Assembly: GCA_039194325.1 (NCBI GenBank)
Contig: JBCCWC010000014.1
Coordinates: 58,057-122,056 of the forward strand
Source of the DNA: Myxococcota bacterium
Lineage (GTDB): Bacteria > Myxococcota_A > Polyangia > Nannocystales > Nannocystaceae
Length of the DNA: 64,000 nucleotides
Reading direction: 5' to 3'
The notes under the pieces were generated by a model. The model was not told the origin of the DNA. It saw only the letters and a program-made list of their open reading frames with translations, and did not search any database. The position numbers and the translations under genes were made by a program. Below, one piece after another: positions 27,435-35,948 of the stretch (position 1 is its first letter; every line of letters begins with the position of its first letter).

Positions 27435-29252
27435 TCAGGGGCTCTGGGCAGCGCTGGCGTCGACGAAACCCCGTGACGAGAGCGTCTCCAGCCGGCCAAA
27501 GTACTCGACGCTGGCCTCCTCGGAGGAGGAGAACAGCAGCCTCTGCATGCGCATGCGGTCGGGGTGTGGACCCCAGCGCACGGTCACCTGGCGGTGGTCG
27601 AGGCTGACCCGGTAGGTGAGCGAGCCCTCGCGGTGGCGACGGACGAAGGTGCGGGTCTCGGCGCGGATCAGCTGACGGCCTTCCTCTGTGTTGCGTGCTC
27701 GCTCCAGCTCGGCGCGTTGCCGGGCGTAGAGCAGGCGTAGAGCCATCATGGGCACCGTGGGGCCCTCGCGCAGGCCGCTGCGGCGAAACTGCGGGCTTGT
27801 GCACGAGGCGTCGACCGTCCGACCCTCGCGATCGAGGGTGAACGAGGTCTTGTAGCTGCGGTGGGCCTGCGGATCTTCCACGGTCCCCTCGATCTTGGTG
27901 CCCTCCCGGCCCAGGTCGTGGACTCGGGTCAGCGTCACCGCGCCCTCCGTGTCGAGCAGGCGGTGGGCCTCGGCCTCGCGGGCGTCGCGGAAGCGCAGCG
28001 TCTCGGGGTCCGGCGGGGAGGCTAGCAGCGGCCGGTGGACGAACTGGCGGGCGGCCACGTCGTGCAAGACCATGCCGCGTTGGATGTGGTGCAGCAGCGC
28101 CGAGCGCAGCTCGGCGCGGGGGCGGTCGGTCTGCTCGCTCAGCGCCTCAATCGTGTGCGGCCGCTGCTCGAGCAGTTGGAGCACCTTGCGGGCCAGGACC
28201 TCGTCGAGCGGACCGGCGTCGAGCAGATCGAACGTGGCGATGCCCGCCCAGCCGGCATCGGTCCACCCCGACAGGGCCAAGGTCAGCTCCGCGTCGCCCA
28301 GATCCACCACATAGAACGCCGGCAGGCCGGGCCCGACCAGGTGGATCTTTACGCTGCGGGCGTGGGGTAGCAGCCGCGCCAGCACCGAGAGTCGCCCGCG
28401 ACCCCAGGTACGGACCACCATGGGCATCGCACCCTCGTAGGGAGCCCCGGTCGACTCGATCACCTGCTCCCAGGGCTCCAGCACCAGGCGGGGGCGCTCG
28501 CCGGGCACCAGCTCGTAGCGCAGGGCCCGTGGTGACGTGCGAGCCCGTCGCTGTCGCAGGGTCAGCAGCACGTTATAGAGATCGACCGGGGCCAGCTCGA
28601 ACGAGTGCAGCGGCAAGGTCGAGGCGGACTGCACCTGGCCGAAGGCCCGGATCCACCGCAGCGGGACCAAAAAGCGCAGCTCGTCGCCCTCTTCGGTCGT
28701 GGTGGGGGTCAGCTCGAGGACCGACGCTCGGTAGGAGCGCAGCCGCCCCAGCGCGGCCAGCAACGGCGGCCCCAGTCGCACATGCGAGGTCCCGGACTGT
28801 AGCGACTGAGCCCGGTAGGCCGCACCGGCGCGCATCCACAGGCGGGCATACGCCGACTCGTCGGCCGAGAACACCTCCAGGCTCATGCCCTGCTCGTCGA
28901 CCCGCAGCACTGGATCGAGGGGGGACTCTTCGGCGGCCGCTTCGCCGTACTTGGCGGCCAGGAAGTCGCGCTGGGCGTTCCATACCTCCTGGCTCACGCG
29001 CTTGCCCTGGGCCAGCAGGTAGGCCAGGTAGTCCGCGCGGCTGCGGGGACGAAAGCGGAGATCGCTGGTGAGGATCTCGCCCATGGTGAGCAGGGCATCG
29101 CGGATCACCCCCGGGCGCTCGAGCTCGGCTATCAGGCCGCAGTCGGCTCGGATCCCGTCTGTGGGGATGCGCAGGCGGAAGGCGTCGCCCTCGGCTACCG
29201 GATCGGTGGCGGGGGCGTAGCGCACGCGGACCTCGGCGGTTTGGCTCGTCAT
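27435..29252 (-). CDS. SWIM-like (degenerate) plus C-terminal WGR-like protein (retron-associated)
   Basis: Start MTSQTAEV with GAGGAG 8 nt upstream. DPVLRV...LEVFSADESAYARL, WIRAFGQVQ, WGRGRLSVL, ASCTSPQFRRSGLREGPTVPMMALR, VTVRWGP...RGFVDA. Confidence 0.85.
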   Translation of the reverse strand: MTSQTAEVRVRYAPATDPVAEGDAFRLRIPTDGIRADCGLIAELERPGVIRDALLTMGEILTSDLRFRPRSRADYLAYLLAQGKRVSQEVWNAQRDFLAAKYGEAAAEESPLDPVLRVDEQGMSLEVFSADESAYARLWMRAGAAYRAQSLQSGTSHVRLGPPLLAALGRLRSYRASVLELTPTTTEEGDELRFLVPLRWIRAFGQVQSASTLPLHSFELAPVDLYNVLLTLRQRRARTSPRALRYELVPGERPRLVLEPWEQVIESTGAPYEGAMPMVVRTWGRGRLSVLARLLPHARSVKIHLVGPGLPAFYVVDLGDAELTLALSGWTDAGWAGIATFDLLDAGPLDEVLARKVLQLLEQRPHTIEALSEQTDRPRAELRSALLHHIQRGMVLHDVAARQFVHRPLLASPPDPETLRFRDAREAEAHRLLDTEGAVTLTRVHDLGREGTKIEGTVEDPQAHRSYKTSFTLDREGRTVDASCTSPQFRRSGLREGPTVPMMALRLLYARQRAELERARNTEEGRQLIRAETRTFVRRHREGSLTYRVSLDHRQVTVRWGPHPDRMRMQRLLFSSSEEASVEYFGRLETLSSRGFVDASAAQSP

Positions 29253-29274
29253 CGTCAGCGCTCCTCGGTCGGGT

Positions 29275-32200
29275 TCATGCGTAGGCTCGGGCCCGGGCTT
29301 CGCCTCGCTGCAGGCGGCGTAGCGCCCGGAAGGCGGCCTTGCGAACATCGGTGGGTTCTTTTTGTGCGGCGAGGATCTCCTCGAGGATCGCTTGGGCGGC
29401 TTCACCTCCCAGGCGGCCCAGGCTCCCGATCGCGGTCAGGCGTCCGGACCCCTTGCCCGGAGTCTGCGCGAGGGCCTGGATCGCCTGCACCTGCGCACCA
29501 CCGAGCACCGCGGGCAGCACCACGCCGCGGGCCTCGTCGGAGACGAGCAAGTCGTCGGCCGCCTGGGCCAGGGCGGCGGTGGCCACCGGAGCTATCGTGG
29601 CCGCATCCGCCACCGTCTGGGCCTTCAGCACGGCCGCCGCCTCCTCGGGCGCACGGGTCGAGACCAGCTCGGCCGCCGCCCGGCGGACTCCCGCATCGGG
29701 ATCGGCCAGCGCGGTCCGAGCCCGGCTTACGTCGGAGGGATCGCCGTGCGTCGTCAGCAGGCGCAGCGCCTCTCGGCGTACCCAGGCCGGCGCGTCCACG
29801 TCGTCCACCGCCGAGCGAGCGGCGGCTTGCCCGGTACCTCCGAGGCGGCGGCCCGCCCACAGGCTCGCGGCCCAGGCCCGGGCCAGGGCCGACAGGCGGA
29901 CCTGACGTTGGGCGTCCTCCCCCATCGCCTGTGCGTGGAGCGTGCGCCAGGCGGTCGCCGATCGCGCGGCCGCTTGTCCGACGGCCTGGGCGAGGGGCTC
30001 ATGGCCGCTCGCCCCCGCGATCCAGGCCGCATCGGCCCGCGCCGCATCGGACTCGCCGGCCAGCAAGCTGCGGACCGAGTCGTCGGGGCACTCGCCCCGT
30101 CGGACCAGGCCTCGTCGGAGTCGGCGGCGGACATCGTCGTTGTCGATCTCCCCCATGCGTGCCACCAGGGTCGCCGGGTCTCCGTGGCGGGCCAGGAAGC
30201 TCGCCGCCGGAGCCGAGATGTCCGGGTGGCGGCTACGCAGGGCCAGCAGGTTGGTGCGCGTGGGTTCATCGGCGAACAGCCGATCCAGGGCGGCGCGGGC
30301 GGCCTGGCGCACGCCGGAGCCTTCGTCGTCGAGAGTCTCGGCCAGCACCGTCTCCGACGATGCGTGGCGAAGCTCGCCCAGCTGGATCGCCGCGTGTCGT
30401 CGGACCGCCGCATCCTCGAAGCGATCGGCCAGGGCCGCCTCGAGCACGCTGCGGCTGCGATCGTCACCCGCGTAGCGGAGCCCGGTGAGCGCCCGGGTGC
30501 GCAGGCTCGACGCGCCCTCGCGGGCTGTTCGCTCCACCAGGGTGCGGATCCGTGTGTCCTGTTGGTCGTCGAGGTGGGGGAGCATGCGTCCCAGCGCCTC
30601 GATGGCGGCGGGCGCCAGGGCTCGGTCCTCGTCGGTGAGCTCCGCGTCGGGATCCAGCAGGGGCTCGATGTCTTCCAGGGCTCGTCGGTCCCCCAGCGTC
30701 CCCAGGGCCAGCAGCGAGCGCTCACGCTCGGGCTGCTCGCCCGCCTTGAGCACGAGCAGCAGCGCCTGGAACGCCTCGGGTCGACGGCGCCCCGCCAATC
30801 CTGCGGCCGCCGGCAGCACCAGCTCGCGTCGACCCTCGCGCAGGGCGAGGGCCAGCGCCTCCAGCGAGGCGCCCGGCACGTACTCGCCCCGGAATGCGAG
30901 CGCTTCGCAGGCGGCCACCCGAATGTCGGGCTCGCGATCTTCGAGCAGCCGGGCCAGCAGAGGCTCGGCCCCCGAGTCGTCTACGTTACGAAGCACCTTG
31001 ACGGTGCGACGCCGCAGCTCCTCGTCGGTCGACTGCGCGGCGACGCTGAGGTATCGCAGCACGCGCTCGTCTACATAGCGAGCTCGGGTGCCCCCGGTGG
31101 GGAGCTTGCGCGCCCCTTCGGTGGGGTGCCGGGCCAGGCTGACCAGCGCATCGAAGGCCCGTGTGCGCACCGGCCCCTGCTCGTCACCGAGCAGCGACAA
31201 GAGCACGGTCTGCCCGGCTACGTGCCCGATCCGTGAAAGCGCGTCGATCAGTGCAAAGCGATCCGCCGTCTTGTCGGGATCGTCCTCTATTCGGGCGGCG
31301 ATCACCCGCGCCGCGGCCTCGCCCGCTCGATCGGCGTCTTCGGTGCGGGCGTGGGACAGCGCCACCAGGGCCTGCAGCGCTCGCTGGGCCACGCTCTTGT
31401 CTTCACGCTGCAAGAAGGCGGCCAGCACGTCGACCGTGCGCACCTCACCGCGGGTTGCCAGGGCCTGGGCGGCCTTGAGCCGCAGATCCTCGTGGTCGCT
31501 CTCCAGCGCGCGCCGCAGAGCCTCGTCGACCCGCGGATCGCGAGAGTCCACCAGTCGGTCGACCACGGAAAGTCGTACGTCGGTATGTCGGCTGCCGAGC
31601 GCCACCAGCCAGGGCTCCAGGCTGCCGTCGTCGAACAGCCGCTGGATCATGGTGACCGCGTGGCTGCGCACCTCGGCGTTGGGAGCATCGACCGCCCCGA
31701 GCGCCAGCGGTCGGGCTCGAGCGTGGCCGCTTGCGGCCATGCCTACCAGCTCGTCGACCGCCCCGCGGCCCACGTCGGCGGCCTGCGATTGCAAGGCTAG
31801 ACCCAGCGGGGTGGTGTCGCCGTCGTCATAGAGCGCTCGCAGGGTCGACAGCGCGGCCTTGCGGGCGAGGTGGTGCGGATCCGAGAGCGCGCGCCGTAGC
31901 ACGGGCAACACCGCCGGTCGTCCGACCTCGGGGTGGCGGGCCAGCGCGCCCAGGCGGGCCAGTGCGTCTCGGCGGACCCGGTGGGTCTCGTCGGACTCGC
32001 CGCGCGTTGGTGCCTGGCGCACCAGCCCTACGTAAGCGCCGAACACCAACTGGGTGATTGCCGCGCGATCGACTGGAGCGTCGGCCGCCGGTGGTGCCGC
32101 CTGGGGTCGGGGTCCGCCGACGAAGCGCAGCACCTCCAGCACGCGCTCGGTCAGCGTGCCGGCCCCGTCGTCGCGGACCTGCTCCAGCAGCCGGCGGATC

Positions 32201-35200
32201 CAGCCCGTCTTGCGGGGCTCGCGACGCTCCGGCTGCCCGCTGGTCACCGGGGCATCGGGCTTGTCGACCGCCTTGGGGGCCTTGAGGCGCCGAAGCTCGC
32301 GCCAGAACGACTCGGGCTGGGGGCGCAACGAGAGCACTCGAGCGGCCGCGTAGCGTTGCGCCGGGTCGTCCGAGGCGAGCACCGCGATCAGCACGTTGAG
32401 CAGGGGCCCGCGATCCTCTTCGGCGGGCCACTTCTTGAGCTCGGAGGCTCGCTCCGGTTTGCGTGGGCCCACCAACTCCTGGGCCAATGGTCCCAGGGTG
32501 TCGGCGGCGTCTCGCACCTCCAGCGCTCGGGCAGCCACCAGCCGGATCTCGGGGTGCGACGAGGCGATCGCCGCCAGCAGCAGATCGGGTGGCAGATCGG
32601 CCCGGGCCAGCGCTAGATCGCGGGCGACGACCACCGCGAACACCAGGTCCTGGATCTCGCGATCGGGATCCTCCAGCCCTTGCAAGATCCCCCGGATCCC
32701 ATCGGCGCCCAGGGCCACGAAGCTCAGGATCGCGCCCTCGCGGATCGGGCGATGTTCGTGGCGTAGCGTGCCCGCGAGCACGGGGACCGCCCGCGCGTCA
32801 CCCATGCGCGCCAGGCCCTCGGCCGCCCAGCTGCGGACCGGCAGATCGGGATGCGAAAGCGCGGTGACCAGGGGGCGCTCCTTACCGGGCACCACCGCCC
32901 CCGCCAGCCCGCGCGCGCCCATCTCTCGGACGACGCCGTCGGGATCGTCGAGCAGGGTCACGTAGCTGGCGATCGACTCCACGTCGCCCACGTCGGCCAT
33001 GGCCCGAGCCGCCCGCTGACGCAGGGGATCGGAGGGTCGGTTGATGTCCCCTTCGGGGATCGCCAGCAGCGCGCGCATGGGGGCGATCGCTCGGTCGTCG
33101 CGACGCTTGCCGCACAGCTCGCCCGCCCGCACTCGGAGCCCCCAGAACTTGCTCGAGAACGCGGTGACGAAGGCCTGCTGATCCTTGGGGGTCAGGTGAT
33201 CGAGGGCCTCGATGGCGGCGATGTGCACCGGCGGCGACTCGTCCTCCAGCAATTCCAAAAGGCGCGTGCGCAGGGCGTCGGCGCTGCCCTTCTTGGCGCC
33301 CTTGCCGCCCGCGGCTCGCACCGCCGCTCGTGGCGAGTCCATGGCCAGCCGGTGGATCGAGTCGTCCGAGGCCAGGGCCTTCTTGCGTGCCTTGTTGTGC
33401 TTGCTGTCGATGAGCGCTCGATAGGCCGCCAGCCCCACGTCGGCGACCGCGTCGCTCACCAGCTCGCGCAGCAGGTGCTCGGCCCAGTCGCCGTCTTGTC
33501 GGTCGAGCTCGCTGGCGACTCGCTGGCGGATGTCGGCATGTCGCGACGAGGCCGCGCGGCGCAGCACCGTCTGAGGCGACTTGCTGTGCCACGCCCACAG
33601 CGTGCGGAATGCCTCGCTGCGTACCGACTCGGCCTCGTCATCCAGCGCGTGGCCCAGCAGGACGTCGGCGTGCTCGCGCGCCTTGTTCTTCGTTTTCTTG
33701 TCGGGCCCCAGCTTGACCAGGATCTGCAGGGCGCGGGCGCGGATATCGGTGTGGCCTCCGCCCAGGGCGGTAGCCGCCAGGGCCACCTGGCCCGGCTCGC
33801 CATCGGGCTCGGCCAGGGTGCGTAGCGCGTCGTAGGCCCCGGCGCGGACCGAGTCGCTGGCGTCGTCCAGCAGCCAGCGTAGGCGCGTGCGGAGGCGCTC
33901 GTCGCCCGCCATCACCTTGGCGGTGGCCAGCAGCGCCGCCACCACCTCGCCGCGTACCGAGGCATCGGCCTCCCGTGACAGCTGCAACAGCGCCCCGGTG
34001 GCCCGAGCGTCGCCCAGCATGCCGAGCCCCCGTGCGCCGCGCAGGGCGGTGTCGGCGTGACGGCACACCAACGCGGCGAACAGCGGCGCTCGGTCGTCCT
34101 CTTTTACGGTACCGACGGTACCGACGGTATCGACCGCAGCGCCCGCGGAGGTGGCCGGAGCCAACGAGCCGTCCTTGTCCAGCTTGCGCATCGCCGCATC
34201 GAGCGGGCCGTCGACCTGGCGCAGCGCGAGCGATAGGGTGGGGCGCCCGGCGATCGCCACCAAGAACGCCACGTGGCGTACTCCGGCGTCCTCGTCGTCC
34301 AGGGCATCCTCGACCAGGGCGTAGCCCTCGTCCTGGCGAGCGTGGCCGCGTTGGCTCAAGCGCAGCAGGGCCAGCGAGCGCACATCGGCCGGCCCCCGGC
34401 CCAGGGCTACGCGGGTCGGCTCCAGCGAGTCGGTCGACTCCAGCGCTTCGAGGGCATCGAGGGCCGCGTGCCGAACCTTGGCCTCGGGGTCGCGTAGGCG
34501 ATCGGCGATCATCGCCGGGACCATCGGGGACGTATCGCGAAGCCCCGGCAGGCGGGACAGCGCCTCGATGCGTAGATCCGGGTGGCGTGAGCCCAGGGCC
34601 GCGCGGGCCGGCGCCAGCGGGGCATCGTCTTCGAGCGTGGTCAAGGCCGCCAGTGCGGCCCGGCGGACCTCCTTGTGGCCGTCGTCCAGCGCCTGTCGCA
34701 GCGCCGGTCGGCTGCGGCGGCGACCCGAGCGGCCGATGATCTTCGCGGCCAGCGAGCGCACCTCGGGCTTGTCGTCCTGGCCCAAGGCGCGGTCGAGCAT
34801 TCGCCGGGCGTCGTCCTCGGGCAGGGTTCCCAGCGCCTCCAGGGCCGCCTGCCGGGCCTTGGGGCTGCGTGCTTTCAGCTCATCGCGCAGCTGGTCCAGT
34901 CGCCCGTCGACTCGGTCGATCTCGTCCGCGATGTCGCTGGCCTCGCTCAGGGTCAGCACCGAGAGCCGGCGCCACTTGTTGCCCACGACGAGCAAGCCGC
35001 CGCGCTTGGCCGGCTTGGCCCGCGTCGACGCGGGCAGCCACGCCAGCGCGCCCAGCCCGGCCTTGCCCACCTCCACGCTCTTGGGCTTGCGCTTGGAGTC
35101 GAGCTGCCACGACTTGAGCTGGCCGTCGTCCCCCACCGAGAACAGTCGCTGCGGGTGCTCTTGTCCCGCGTCGTCGTGCAATCGGGGCCCGAGCACCAGG

Positions 35201-35916
35201 CCACGCACCGGCCCGGCGTGGCCGGCGTCGCGTGAACGATTCTCCTCGTCGACCGCCCCATCGAGGTAGTACAGGCGGATCGAGCCGTCGCCGGCGCCGG
35301 CGGCCACTCGCCCGTCGTCGGTCGCCGCCAGCGCGAACACCCCGCCCTCGGCTCCGGGCATGTCGCGGACTGGTGCGTCCTCCATCCCCACCAAAGGCAG
35401 GGCCCGCACGATGCTGTCGTCGCCGGCCACCACCAACCGCCGCCCTCCCGGCTCGAGGGTGGCCGCCCGCAACGGTCGCGCGCTCACCTGACGTTGGCCC
35501 AGGGGGTTGAGCGTCGGCTCGGCCGAGACCACCTTCAGCTCGAACGCCGCGACCTGGCCGTCTTCGGTGGTCGCGACCAGTCGCGTGCCCATGGGGTCAC
35601 GAGCCAGCGCGGTCACGGGGCCGGGCAACTGGTGCAGGCGTAGCGACCGCGCCTCGTTGCCCATGTCGATGCCGTAGAGCACCCCGTCGACTCCTCCTAC
35701 GATCAGCAGGTCGTCGGCCATGAAGCACAGCGCGGCCACGGCGGAGCCTGTCTCCACCGAGGCCTGCACGGTGAGCTTGGTGGCCGACAGCACGTGGACC
35801 GACGAAGACGTGACCGTGTCCGCGTCGCGGAAGCCAGCGTAGGCGAAGAGACGACCGGAGAGCGAGCCACTGATGGCCCGCACGCGCTCGACGTGAGGGG
35901 CGAACTTGCGAGTCAT
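29275..35916 (-). CDS. 2213-aa protein with an N-terminal WD40-like propeller and extensive HEAT/ARM repeats (retron-associated)
   Basis: WD-like blades (AGAGDGSIRLY, FSVGDDGQLKSW) in roughly the first 330 aa, then many LxDxxxxVRxxA helical repeats. Confidence 0.9.
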   Translation of the reverse strand: MTRKFAPHVERVRAISGSLSGRLFAYAGFRDADTVTSSSVHVLSATKLTVQASVETGSAVAALCFMADDLLIVGGVDGVLYGIDMGNEARSLRLHQLPGPVTALARDPMGTRLVATTEDGQVAAFELKVVSAEPTLNPLGQRQVSARPLRAATLEPGGRRLVVAGDDSIVRALPLVGMEDAPVRDMPGAEGGVFALAATDDGRVAAGAGDGSIRLYYLDGAVDEENRSRDAGHAGPVRGLVLGPRLHDDAGQEHPQRLFSVGDDGQLKSWQLDSKRKPKSVEVGKAGLGALAWLPASTRAKPAKRGGLLVVGNKWRRLSVLTLSEASDIADEIDRVDGRLDQLRDELKARSPKARQAALEALGTLPEDDARRMLDRALGQDDKPEVRSLAAKIIGRSGRRRSRPALRQALDDGHKEVRRAALAALTTLEDDAPLAPARAALGSRHPDLRIEALSRLPGLRDTSPMVPAMIADRLRDPEAKVRHAALDALEALESTDSLEPTRVALGRGPADVRSLALLRLSQRGHARQDEGYALVEDALDDEDAGVRHVAFLVAIAGRPTLSLALRQVDGPLDAAMRKLDKDGSLAPATSAGAAVDTVGTVGTVKEDDRAPLFAALVCRHADTALRGARGLGMLGDARATGALLQLSREADASVRGEVVAALLATAKVMAGDERLRTRLRWLLDDASDSVRAGAYDALRTLAEPDGEPGQVALAATALGGGHTDIRARALQILVKLGPDKKTKNKAREHADVLLGHALDDEAESVRSEAFRTLWAWHSKSPQTVLRRAASSRHADIRQRVASELDRQDGDWAEHLLRELVSDAVADVGLAAYRALIDSKHNKARKKALASDDSIHRLAMDSPRAAVRAAGGKGAKKGSADALRTRLLELLEDESPPVHIAAIEALDHLTPKDQQAFVTAFSSKFWGLRVRAGELCGKRRDDRAIAPMRALLAIPEGDINRPSDPLRQRAARAMADVGDVESIASYVTLLDDPDGVVREMGARGLAGAVVPGKERPLVTALSHPDLPVRSWAAEGLARMGDARAVPVLAGTLRHEHRPIREGAILSFVALGADGIRGILQGLEDPDREIQDLVFAVVVARDLALARADLPPDLLLAAIASSHPEIRLVAARALEVRDAADTLGPLAQELVGPRKPERASELKKWPAEEDRGPLLNVLIAVLASDDPAQRYAAARVLSLRPQPESFWRELRRLKAPKAVDKPDAPVTSGQPERREPRKTGWIRRLLEQVRDDGAGTLTERVLEVLRFVGGPRPQAAPPAADAPVDRAAITQLVFGAYVGLVRQAPTRGESDETHRVRRDALARLGALARHPEVGRPAVLPVLRRALSDPHHLARKAALSTLRALYDDGDTTPLGLALQSQAADVGRGAVDELVGMAASGHARARPLALGAVDAPNAEVRSHAVTMIQRLFDDGSLEPWLVALGSRHTDVRLSVVDRLVDSRDPRVDEALRRALESDHEDLRLKAAQALATRGEVRTVDVLAAFLQREDKSVAQRALQALVALSHARTEDADRAGEAAARVIAARIEDDPDKTADRFALIDALSRIGHVAGQTVLLSLLGDEQGPVRTRAFDALVSLARHPTEGARKLPTGGTRARYVDERVLRYLSVAAQSTDEELRRRTVKVLRNVDDSGAEPLLARLLEDREPDIRVAACEALAFRGEYVPGASLEALALALREGRRELVLPAAAGLAGRRRPEAFQALLLVLKAGEQPERERSLLALGTLGDRRALEDIEPLLDPDAELTDEDRALAPAAIEALGRMLPHLDDQQDTRIRTLVERTAREGASSLRTRALTGLRYAGDDRSRSVLEAALADRFEDAAVRRHAAIQLGELRHASSETVLAETLDDEGSGVRQAARAALDRLFADEPTRTNLLALRSRHPDISAPAASFLARHGDPATLVARMGEIDNDDVRRRLRRGLVRRGECPDDSVRSLLAGESDAARADAAWIAGASGHEPLAQAVGQAAARSATAWRTLHAQAMGEDAQRQVRLSALARAWAASLWAGRRLGGTGQAAARSAVDDVDAPAWVRREALRLLTTHGDPSDVSRARTALADPDAGVRRAAAELVSTRAPEEAAAVLKAQTVADAATIAPVATAALAQAADDLLVSDEARGVVLPAVLGGAQVQAIQALAQTPGKGSGRLTAIGSLGRLGGEAAQAILEEILAAQKEPTDVRKAAFRALRRLQRGEARARAYA

Positions 35917-35948
35917 GGGCGTTCAGGCGGAGATTTCAGGCGGAGATT

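Noticed and set aside
29253..29405. N-terminal extension of the SWIM-like ORF given in the track
   Set aside because: It overlaps the HEAT gene, and ATG 29252 has a good GAGGAG RBS.
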